Positions 8,817-16,809 of a stretch of DNA of 64,000 bases are shown one piece after another (the stretch's first letter is position 1; every line of letters starts with the position of its first letter). Below the pieces are notes generated by a model. The model did not search any database, was not told the DNA's origin, and worked only from the letters and a program-made list of their open reading frames with translations. The translations under genes and the position numbers were made by a program. This stretch comes from Candidatus Aenigmatarchaeota archaeon. Lineage in GTDB: Archaea; Aenigmatarchaeota; Aenigmatarchaeia; GW2011-AR5. The stretch lies in contig JACPJW010000001.1 in NCBI GenBank assembly GCA_016187335.1, positions 671,159-735,158 on the forward strand. The letters are read 5' to 3'.

Positions 8817-9209
8817 ATGAAATATAAGGCAGGCAGTTTCATGGCAGAAACCAGTTTACGCGCAGTAACTAATGGAAAAGAATGCAAAATGGTAGGCGGC
8901 GGCTATTGCCCAAAGCCCCTGGAAATCGCTGCTTCTTTCCTCAGTAGGAAGTGGACGCTAAGCATAATAGTAACGATAGGAAATTTCGGCTCGCTAAGGT
9001 TCAACGATTTGCTCAGGCGAATTGAAGGTATAACACAGAAAACATTGTCCGAAAGGCTGAAAGAGCTTGAGCGGCACAATATAATAATCCGTCGCGCTTT
9101 CAATGAAAAGCCTCCCCGTGTCGAATATTCGCTTACGCCAAACGGTCATAATGTTCGAAAAGCTGTTTTGCCGCTTCTGAAACTTGCTGAAAAAAAACAC
9201 TTTCATTAA
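8817..9209 (+). CDS. HxlR-family transcriptional regulator
   Basis: CP...LSRKWTLSIIVTIGNFGSLRFNDLLRRIEGITQKTLSERLKELERHNII...EYSLTPNG is the HxlR signature. Divergent from ccdA. Confidence 0.75.
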   Translation: MKYKAGSFMAETSLRAVTNGKECKMVGGGYCPKPLEIAASFLSRKWTLSIIVTIGNFGSLRFNDLLRRIEGITQKTLSERLKELERHNIIIRRAFNEKPPRVEYSLTPNGHNVRKAVLPLLKLAEKKHFH

Positions 9210-9453
9210 AAGAAACGCTTAAACATTACATATTTAAACATCCGATGCAATTTTATTCAATTCAAATTTTTGTAAAGGTTATGTGATAAAATGGCTGAAG
9301 ATTCAATAACCTTCAAGAAAAGCACGGTCCAGCTTATCGCTGTTCTCGTTGTCGGCTTGATTATAGGATAACCCAATACTGGGATGAGTCCGACATATGC
9401 GGCAACTGAGCTGTTTAAAAATTTTGGCATTAATCTAAGCAAAGAGACAAATT

Positions 9454-10140
9454 ATGGAAGAAAAAGAAGAAAAACACCAATGCAGTGAATGCGGAAAGGA
9501 GTTCAGCGCGGCGGAAGGTCTGGCGCAGCACATGCGCGACAAGCATTCGGCAATGACCAGCCATGAACTCAAGGAACAGCGCAAAAAAGAGAGGGAAGAT
9601 CAGCTGAAAAAAGAAAAGGATAAGTCGGAGCGCTCAAAGCTGACTAGAAAGATCCTGATTGTCGGCGGTGCTTTTCTTTTACTGTCAGGGCTGATTTACG
9701 CTTTTCTTGTCCTTAGCAAAGGCGGCGGCGAATCGCGCCTTGCCGACGAGGAATATATCCTGCGTACCAATCTGAGGACGCACAGCGGCGTAAGCATGCA
9801 CATACATCCCCATTTGATAATAATCGCAAACAACGAAAACGTGAATATACCGGCTGAGATAGGCATTGAAGGCGGCATAATGAGAGTTATACATACCCAT
9901 GACGCAACAGGAACAATTCATCTGGAATCGCCGGTTCCTAAGGACTTCACTTTAGGCCAATTCTTCTTCGTGTGGTCGCGAACCAGCGGCGAGCCGAAAG
10001 TATTCAATTCGTCTTGCATCCTCAGCTATTGCAATAACGGAACGAAGGCGGTGAAGATGTTCGTGAACGGCAAAGAAAGCGACGAATACGAGAATTACAT
10101 CATGCACGATCTGGACAGGATAGAGATAAGATACGAATAA
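9454..10140 (+). CDS. C2H2 zinc finger / TM helix / extracytoplasmic His-rich domain protein
   Basis: HQCSECGKEFSAAEGLAQHMRDKH fits C-x2-C-x12-H-x4-H. Lys/Glu-rich linker, TM helix (ILIVGGAFLLLSGLIYAFLVL), then HIHPHL...IHTHDATGTIH...MFVNGK...HDLDRIEIRY, paralogous to 6575..7327. Confidence 0.55.
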   Translation: MEEKEEKHQCSECGKEFSAAEGLAQHMRDKHSAMTSHELKEQRKKEREDQLKKEKDKSERSKLTRKILIVGGAFLLLSGLIYAFLVLSKGGGESRLADEEYILRTNLRTHSGVSMHIHPHLIIIANNENVNIPAEIGIEGGIMRVIHTHDATGTIHLESPVPKDFTLGQFFFVWSRTSGEPKVFNSSCILSYCNNGTKAVKMFVNGKESDEYENYIMHDLDRIEIRYE

Positions 10141-10178
10141 GCTTATAAATCTTAAAGCGATAAACAAAGTGATTTCAA

Positions 10179-10646
10179 ATGGGAGCAGACTTTGACAGAA
10201 TTGCTGTGCAACATCCTTGCCCAAGATGCAATAACGCGATGCCTGAGTATCAAACCGGTCAATTGGGCGGTAAGATGCGTGTATATAGACTGGGAGAAAG
10301 AATTTACGCTGTTAACCAATCAGATTTTCGCAGATTAGAAGATATACCTGATTTTGAATTTCATCTTTATGATGTATGTGGTTTATGTTTAATAACGATA
10401 GAAGGAGACGGTATTGTAAGAGGTAATAAATTATGGAGTATCATAGAGAAAGGATACAGGGATGAACGTGCATCGCCGATAATCGACTACGATCATCCTA
10501 TGGAAGTACCCGAACGTTACACAATAGAAACAGTTCTTATAGGAGAAAAACCGGCTAAAGTAAGAGTTCCCGTGGGTAAAAAAATTGTTTATCCACAGGA
10601 ACAGCCGTTTATTCCTAACGAAAGAGTTATCGCGACTCTTGAATGA
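10179..10646 (+). CDS. Hypothetical protein with CPRC...CGLC (possible zinc ribbon)
   Basis: ORF only; no family recognised. Confidence 0.3.
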   Translation: MGADFDRIAVQHPCPRCNNAMPEYQTGQLGGKMRVYRLGERIYAVNQSDFRRLEDIPDFEFHLYDVCGLCLITIEGDGIVRGNKLWSIIEKGYRDERASPIIDYDHPMEVPERYTIETVLIGEKPAKVRVPVGKKIVYPQEQPFIPNERVIATLE

Positions 10647-10670
10647 ACTTTTTCTTTACCCTTTTATACT

Positions 10671-11192
10671 TTGTTTTCCATTTTATTATCCATGCGTGGA
10701 TTGTATAAAGAGCAGCGCGTTGGCATTTTTGTCGATGTCCAGAACCTCTACTATTCTGCAAAGAACCTTTACCGTGCGAAGATAAACTATAACGGCATTT
10801 TGAAAGAAGCGATGAACGGCCGCACACTGATACGTGCGCTGGCTTACGTGATAAGGGCTGCCATTGAGGAGGAGAAAACCTTTTTCGATGCGCTGGAAAA
10901 GATAGGCTTTGAATTAAAGGCAAAGGATTTGCAGATATTCTACGGCGGAATGAAGAAAGGCGACTGGGACGTCGGCATAGCGATGGATGCCATAGAGCTT
11001 GCGCCAAAGCTTGACGTTATAGTCCTTGTTTCCGGCGACGGCGATTATTTGCCGCTTCTGGAGCACCTGAAGCGCTCGTCGGGCTGCAAGGTCGAGGTCA
11101 TGGCTTTCGGCCGCTCGGCAAGCAGCAAGCTCAAAGAGGCTGCAGACGAGTTCGTGGACCTGGACGCCGCGCCTGCGAAATATCTGAGATAG
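10671..11192 (+). CDS. NYN/LabA-like (DUF88) PIN-fold protein
   Basis: VGIFVDVQNLYYSAK...IVLVSGDGDYLPLLEHLK is typical of the LabA/NYN family. Confidence 0.65.
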   Translation: MFSILLSMRGLYKEQRVGIFVDVQNLYYSAKNLYRAKINYNGILKEAMNGRTLIRALAYVIRAAIEEEKTFFDALEKIGFELKAKDLQIFYGGMKKGDWDVGIAMDAIELAPKLDVIVLVSGDGDYLPLLEHLKRSSGCKVEVMAFGRSASSKLKEAADEFVDLDAAPAKYLR

Positions 11193-11349
11193 GAAAATCT
11201 AAAAGCAAGGGATTTTTCCTAGTTTGCATTAGATTAGTTTATGCGTTATAAAATATGCCTGAAGCAAAAAGGAAATTTCTGAAAACATTAAAAAAGCTTA
11301 AATTGCTTCTCTTCTTAATTAGAATTGCAAATTATTCTTTGGTGCAATT

Positions 11350-12363
11350 ATGCCAGAACACATTCACGCAGCCAGCAAAACAAAATGGGACGTTGTAATC
11401 ATCGGCGCAGGCTCTGCAGGTCTCACTGCAGCGGTTTATACCTGCAGGAAAAAGCTGTCCACGCTGATTTTAAGCGTTGACGTAGGCGGTCAGACAATCC
11501 TGACAAACCATATTGAGAATTATCCAGGCTTTTTCAAAGAGACACCCGGCTATCCGTCCGGGCCAAAACTTATGCAGATTTTTGAGGAGCAGGCAAAGCA
11601 TTTCGGCGCAGAGATAATAATGGGCAAGGTGACGAAGGTAGAGGTTGTGAATGAAAGCCCCACGCCGGAAAATCCTTACAAGTTTGTTCTGGAATTAAGC
11701 AACGGCGAGCGGTACGAAGCAAGGGTTGTTTTGCTGGCATACGGCAAGGTTCCCCGCGAGCTTGGCATCCCCGGCGAGAAAAAGTTCATAGGCCGCGGCG
11801 TCAGCACGTGCGCAACATGCGACGCTCCCTTATTTAGAAACAAAAACGTTGCTGTTATAGGCGGCGGCAACTCAGCTGTTGAGGCCGCTGAGCTTTTGAC
11901 AAAGTTCGCCAGCAAGGTTTACCTCGTCCATCGGAGGGACCAGTTCCGCGCTGACGAAATAACCATGGACAAGGTAAAGGCGTCGCCGAAAGTAGAACTT
12001 GTTTTAAACAGCATGCCTGCAGAAATCAAAGGCGACAAGTTTGTAAGCGGTCTGGTTGTCCAGAATGTCAATACTCAGGAAACAAGAGAACTTCCTGTTC
12101 ACGGTGTTTTCGTCGAGATCGGCTATATCGTGGTGACGGATTTTGTCAAAGATTATGTCGAGGTGAACAAGGCCAATGAAATTGTCGTTAATGAAAACTG
12201 CGAGACGAGGACGCCCGGTTTGTTCTCGGCAGGTGATTTAACAAACATACCGTTCAAGCAGACCATAACTTCCGCAGGCCAGGGCGCGATAGCCGGCTTG
12301 TCCGCCTACAACTACCTGATGCGCCTGCAGGGCAAGGCAGGCATTAAGGCTGATTGGGCTTGA
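11350..12363 (+). CDS. trxB: Thioredoxin-disulfide reductase
   Basis: FAD motif DVVIIGAGSAGLTAAVY, redox-active CATCDA, NAD(P)H motif VAVIGGGNSAVEEA-like. Confidence 0.85.
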   Translation: MPEHIHAASKTKWDVVIIGAGSAGLTAAVYTCRKKLSTLILSVDVGGQTILTNHIENYPGFFKETPGYPSGPKLMQIFEEQAKHFGAEIIMGKVTKVEVVNESPTPENPYKFVLELSNGERYEARVVLLAYGKVPRELGIPGEKKFIGRGVSTCATCDAPLFRNKNVAVIGGGNSAVEAAELLTKFASKVYLVHRRDQFRADEITMDKVKASPKVELVLNSMPAEIKGDKFVSGLVVQNVNTQETRELPVHGVFVEIGYIVVTDFVKDYVEVNKANEIVVNENCETRTPGLFSAGDLTNIPFKQTITSAGQGAIAGLSAYNYLMRLQGKAGIKADWA

Positions 12364-12390
12364 TTTAAAACTTGAAAACTATTTTTATCC

Positions 12391-12759
12391 ATGAAACTGG
12401 CACTGGAATTCCGTAAAAGAATTCCTTTTCTGAGGCTTATTCCAGATAAAGTATATTTTGACTTGAACTTTGACGAATTCTTTCTCCCGGATGATGAAAT
12501 CAATGAACTTCGGAAAAGCCTTGAATCAATGCTGAATCATTATGTCATGACTTACAAGACAAATGGATTTGACGATAAAATGCCCAAAGAAAAACACCTG
12601 TGCTTCAACCTGGAAATAGCAGAATTGAATGTCAGGCAGATGAAAATTTTAAGCGATTTTGAAAGTATTGCTAAAAGAAAAGGCGTCAGTTTTTGCGTCT
12701 ATCGAAAGCCGCTTAAACTGGTCCCACAAATTGACTTAAAAGCTTTCCCGCGTTATTAA
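12391..12759 (+). CDS. Hypothetical protein
   Basis: ORF only. Confidence 0.3.
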   Translation: MKLALEFRKRIPFLRLIPDKVYFDLNFDEFFLPDDEINELRKSLESMLNHYVMTYKTNGFDDKMPKEKHLCFNLEIAELNVRQMKILSDFESIAKRKGVSFCVYRKPLKLVPQIDLKAFPRY

Positions 12760-12788
12760 AGAAATATTATCAAAAGGATGGTGATATT

Positions 12789-13391
12789 ATGGCACATGTA
12801 TTGAAAGAACTTCCTTGGGACCCGAAGAAAGTCACGTGCGTTTCGCAGCAGGTCGTGCAGTGGCACCACGGCACGCATCACGCTGGTTACGTAAAAAAGC
12901 GCAATGAAATTGAGGAAAAGATAGATAAATTCGACAAAGCCGCTGCCAATGCAAATTATTCTGATTGGGGCGAGCTGAAGCGCAGAGAAACCTTTAACGC
13001 TTCCGGCATTATACTGCACGAGATATACTGGGAAAACATGGGCGGCGACGGCAAACACGACATGGACGCTGAAATTGTGAAGGCAATCATTCATTCTTTC
13101 GGTTCTTTCGAGAAGTGGAAAGAGGATTTCGTTGCCACGGCAAAAGCAAGCTTAGGCTGGGCAATATTGTGCTGGGACCCGTCTGACGGCAAGCTGCACA
13201 ACTTCCTGGTTGATTTCCACAACAACGGCGCTGTGTGGGGTTCCGTGCCGTTAATAGCCATAGACGTTTTTGAGCACGCATACTACCATGATTACGGGCC
13301 GGACAGGGCGAAATACATAGAAGCTTTCCTGAACAATCTGGACTGGGCAGCAATCAACGACAGGTTCAGGAAGAACGTGCCGAAACATTGA
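12789..13391 (+). CDS. sod: Fe/Mn superoxide dismutase
   Basis: HHGTHHAGYV and DVFEHAYYHDY metal-ligand motifs. Confidence 0.9.
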   Translation: MAHVLKELPWDPKKVTCVSQQVVQWHHGTHHAGYVKKRNEIEEKIDKFDKAAANANYSDWGELKRRETFNASGIILHEIYWENMGGDGKHDMDAEIVKAIIHSFGSFEKWKEDFVATAKASLGWAILCWDPSDGKLHNFLVDFHNNGAVWGSVPLIAIDVFEHAYYHDYGPDRAKYIEAFLNNLDWAAINDRFRKNVPKH

Positions 13392-13500
13392 AAAGAGAGG
13401 ACTGAATAATGAATTAAAGCGGAAAAGAAAAGGCGAATTTCATTTTTAAATCAACCTTTACGTTCTGCCTTAATAAAATTTATTTTTTGGTGGTCTTTTC

Positions 13501-13659
13501 ATGCCAACAAAAAAATCTTCAGCGAAGCAAAAATTATACAAATGTAAGCACTGCGGTTTTGGTTACAGAGAGAAAAAATGGCAGCGCGCCTGCGAAGCAT
13601 GGTGCTCGAAGCACAACAGCTGCAACATCATGATAACGAGGCACGTAGTGAAGAAGTGA
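13501..13659 (+). CDS. Small (52 aa) Cys/His-rich zinc-ribbon-like protein
   Basis: ATG is preceded by GGTGG 7 nt upstream. Translation: MPTKKSSAKQKLYKCKHCGFGYREKKWQRACEAWCSKHNSCNIMITRHVVKK. Below the ORF-track cutoff. Confidence 0.35.
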   Translation: MPTKKSSAKQKLYKCKHCGFGYREKKWQRACEAWCSKHNSCNIMITRHVVKK

Positions 13660-13661
13660 TT

Positions 13662-14090
13662 TCAGCCTTTCAGTATTCTGAGCACGCATATTCCCTGCGC
13701 CGTGCGGAAAAAAACCATTAGTTTGTGGTACTCCCCATCCTTGACATTCACATTCTCGGTTCTTTTTATGCTGGATTTCAGCGTATCAATTATCCTTTTT
13801 ATCCTCTCGGCATAAGGCTTTTCCTTGCGTTCGTAGTCGGAAGCGAATTTTCTTGCAAGCCTCAGGTTATACGCGCAATATTGCATTTTGCCGCTGCGGA
13901 AGTTTTCCGAAGCCCTTACAAGATATGTGTATATCCTGAGGTAAAAAATTATTTTCCTGTGCTCTTTTTGCTCAAAGCTTATGAAGTCTTCTAAATACAA
14001 CTCTATTTTTTTGAGATCCTGCAGTCGCAACAACCTGTCAAGCTTTATTTTTTCGAGTTCTTTTAGCCGGAAAAACTTTTCAACTTTCAT
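13662..14090 (-). CDS. Hypothetical protein
   Basis: ORF overlaps the upstream amidohydrolase stop by 4 nt, suggesting coupling. Confidence 0.3.
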   Translation of the reverse strand: MKVEKFFRLKELEKIKLDRLLRLQDLKKIELYLEDFISFEQKEHRKIIFYLRIYTYLVRASENFRSGKMQYCAYNLRLARKFASDYERKEKPYAERIKRIIDTLKSSIKRTENVNVKDGEYHKLMVFFRTAQGICVLRILKG

Positions 14091-14887
14091 TCAAACCACT
14101 TCTGCAGGTTTCCAGACAAAATATTTCCCAGATCGCGCATCGAAATGTTAAGGATACTTGCGACATGAATTATGGATTCCAGCGAATAGTCGCAGCTTAC
14201 ATAAGGAACGTCAGAACCATATACTATGCTTGTTTTGTCCGCTTTGTCTATGAGGTTGTAAAGGTCAAATACGCTTGTCGCCGACGTTTCGAAATAAACA
14301 TACCTTGATTTTGACATTTTTCTGATGACCCTGTCCATGTCGATAAAAGCTGAATGACCTAAAATAAGGCGGAGTCTCGGGAAATCTTTCACGACCATTT
14401 CCAGTTCGACCGATATTTCATTCAGCCCGTGACCTGTATGTATCAGCACTGGTAAGTCGTGCTTTTCTGCTTTGGCATATACTTTCATTGCTTCGTCGGA
14501 TGCAATGTCAAAATGCTGCGAGCGTGGATGCAGCTTTATGCCCATGAATCCCTGTGATGCACGCTTCTCAAACTCTTCTTTCCATTTTCTTTTTGGATTC
14601 AGGCGAAAGAATGGAATAAGCTTTCTCTTGTGGGATTTGTAAGCGTTGTATACAAAGTCGTTTGGCTTTGAAAAACTCTGGTCGTAGGGATCATTTAGTG
14701 GAAATATAACTGCCTTTTCTATTCTGCAGCTTTTGATATCCTTCATCAACTCATTTAATGAAAAAAGTGTTCCGTCCTTGTCTTTGCCTATGTGTGTATG
14801 AGCATCCCATACCTCGAACTGGTCGAAAACCCACTCTGCTACCTTGAAAGCTTTCTCGCCAACAAAGTATTTTGTCCATTTAGGCAT
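14087..14887 (-). CDS. Metal-dependent amidohydrolase (TIM-barrel, Amidohydro_2-like)
   Basis: WDAHTHIG near the N-terminus; later HTGH and GHS His motifs; GSDVPY near the C-terminus. Confidence 0.6.
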   Translation of the reverse strand: MPKWTKYFVGEKAFKVAEWVFDQFEVWDAHTHIGKDKDGTLFSLNELMKDIKSCRIEKAVIFPLNDPYDQSFSKPNDFVYNAYKSHKRKLIPFFRLNPKRKWKEEFEKRASQGFMGIKLHPRSQHFDIASDEAMKVYAKAEKHDLPVLIHTGHGLNEISVELEMVVKDFPRLRLILGHSAFIDMDRVIRKMSKSRYVYFETSATSVFDLYNLIDKADKTSIVYGSDVPYVSCDYSLESIIHVASILNISMRDLGNILSGNLQKWFE

Positions 14888-14936
14888 AATGACACAGAAA
14901 ACTATGAGATTTAAATCTTTTATACATTTTTATTCC

Positions 14937-15869
14937 ATGTTAAAGATAGGAATCGTTTTTGACAGGGTCAAATGGATTCAAAGACCTTTCGACAAGAGGT
15001 ACTCTTATTCTTACAGGATTCTGTCAAAGGTGGCAAGACAGCACGGCATTGAAGTCTATATAAGCGACCTGAAAAATTACAGGGCGAGAAAATTTGCAAA
15101 ATGCTGGTTTTGCGAAAAAAGTTGGAAAATACTCCGCAACAGGTATATTGACATGGTTTTTGACAAAATGAGCACTTCCGGCAGGAATGTCCTGAAAAGA
15201 ATGCGGGTGAGAATGATGAGGGAATTGCCTATTGTTAACCACCCCGAACTGAACGAAATTTCTGAGGACAAGTATCTTTCTTATACGATCTTCCGGGAAT
15301 ATTTCCCGAAAACATACCTTCTAAGCACAAGCGGCATAAGGAAGGCTCCGGCAGGACTTTATGTAATGAAACCTAGGCACGGCTCAAGAGGAGAATTTAT
15401 CAGAATAATGGAAAAGGAAAAGCTACAACCGAAGAAAGACTTTATTTTTCAGGAATTCATCGACACGTCAGGCGGCATTAAGGATGTCATAAACAAAGTT
15501 CACGACTTGAGGCTGGTCTCAATAAACGGAAAAATAATCAAGGCATACCTTAGAGTCCAAAAAAAAGGCATTATAAACAATATGGATACCGGAGAGTTTG
15601 AGATTCATATCGAAAAATCTAAAGTACCAGAAAGCGCAGTTAAAATATTCAGGATAGTTGACAGGAAACTTAGTAAGTACGATTTCAGGTTCTATACAAT
15701 AGATTTTTTGGTTGACAAAGATCAGAAACCTTGGATATGCGAGCTAAACACTCATCTGGGTCTGGGGATTGCAGGTAAAAAAACGAAAGAAATATATTTT
15801 AACATGTACAGAGAAATTCTGCTTGCTATGAAAAGGTATTATCTAAAACTCGGGTCCGGAAAAAACTAG
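14937..15869 (+). CDS. ATP-grasp ligase (YheC/YheD- or RimK-like), paralogue 1
   Basis: KPRHGSRGE..., FQEFIDTSGG...HDLRLVSINGKII, TIDFLVDKDQKPWICELN. Start moved to Met32 (14937) to match its paralogue. Confidence 0.6.
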   Translation: MLKIGIVFDRVKWIQRPFDKRYSYSYRILSKVARQHGIEVYISDLKNYRARKFAKCWFCEKSWKILRNRYIDMVFDKMSTSGRNVLKRMRVRMMRELPIVNHPELNEISEDKYLSYTIFREYFPKTYLLSTSGIRKAPAGLYVMKPRHGSRGEFIRIMEKEKLQPKKDFIFQEFIDTSGGIKDVINKVHDLRLVSINGKIIKAYLRVQKKGIINNMDTGEFEIHIEKSKVPESAVKIFRIVDRKLSKYDFRFYTIDFLVDKDQKPWICELNTHLGLGIAGKKTKEIYFNMYREILLAMKRYYLKLGSGKN

Positions 15870-15872
15870 ACT

Positions 15873-16805
15873 CTAGCCAATGCAGGATTTTACCGCCTTC
15901 ATGATGCACCTGCAGATTTTTTTATAGATTTTCTGTTGCCCGCCCACCTTTATTTTGTAATACAATCGAAATCCGGGATGCGAGTTGAGTTCGATTATCC
16001 AAGGCCTCTGTTTCTTGTCAATTAGAAAATCAATCGAATAAAGCCTAGGAACAAATTTATTGAATTTGCTGTCAACATAATTTGCTATTCTCATGACTTT
16101 TTTAGGGATTTTCCTTATTCTTACGAGTCTGCCGCCAAGCGAAATGTTGCTAATAAGACCCTTTCTAGGAACCCTGAGGTAAAAATCCAGAATTTTTCCG
16201 TTTAGAACCAGCAGCCTAAGGTCGTGAATTCCTTTGTACACGCCTTTTATTCCTGCGGATGTGTCTACAAATTCCTGCACTATATAGTCTTTCTTCAGTT
16301 TTCTTAGCCTGTACTTTTCCATTACCTTGACGCCCGCACCACCGGCACCGAATCTCGGCTTCACAACGGCAAGACGGTTTTTGATTTTTTTTAATCCTTT
16401 CAGGGAAATGGAAGTTTTCGGAACGTACCTTCTGAATAACTTGTGCGTGAGATATTTGTCGTTGCATAGATCCTCAATAAAAGGGTCGTTCATCATCAAT
16501 AACACTTTCTTAAATTTTTTTCTCAGGTTCCGCATGAAATCATGGTGCTTCCTGTTGAAGCTTAAAACCCTGTCAAAAACGAAATTGACAGGCACGCTTT
16601 TCTCTTTTCTTTTTTCAAGCAGGTTCCAGCACAGAAGAAATTTCCCTCTATTGTACCATTCTGGCTTCGCTACAACGACCTTTACACCAATTTTCTTTGC
16701 AACCTCAGAGAATTTCCTATAAGCTTTGAAGGTACTGCGATCATTGAAAGGCTTGTTCAGAAAAATGCCGTCAGTATCATTATACGTTATTCCCAGAGTT
16801 TTCAT
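15873..16805 (-). CDS. ATP-grasp ligase, paralogue 2
   Basis: KPRFGAGGAG..., VQEFVDTSAG...HDLRLLVLNGKIL, SIDFLIDKKQRPWIIELN. The ATG at 16805 lies 4 nt after the GCS2 stop. Confidence 0.6.
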   Translation of the reverse strand: MKTLGITYNDTDGIFLNKPFNDRSTFKAYRKFSEVAKKIGVKVVVAKPEWYNRGKFLLCWNLLEKRKEKSVPVNFVFDRVLSFNRKHHDFMRNLRKKFKKVLLMMNDPFIEDLCNDKYLTHKLFRRYVPKTSISLKGLKKIKNRLAVVKPRFGAGGAGVKVMEKYRLRKLKKDYIVQEFVDTSAGIKGVYKGIHDLRLLVLNGKILDFYLRVPRKGLISNISLGGRLVRIRKIPKKVMRIANYVDSKFNKFVPRLYSIDFLIDKKQRPWIIELNSHPGFRLYYKIKVGGQQKIYKKICRCIMKAVKSCIG

Positions 16806-16809
16806 GAAA

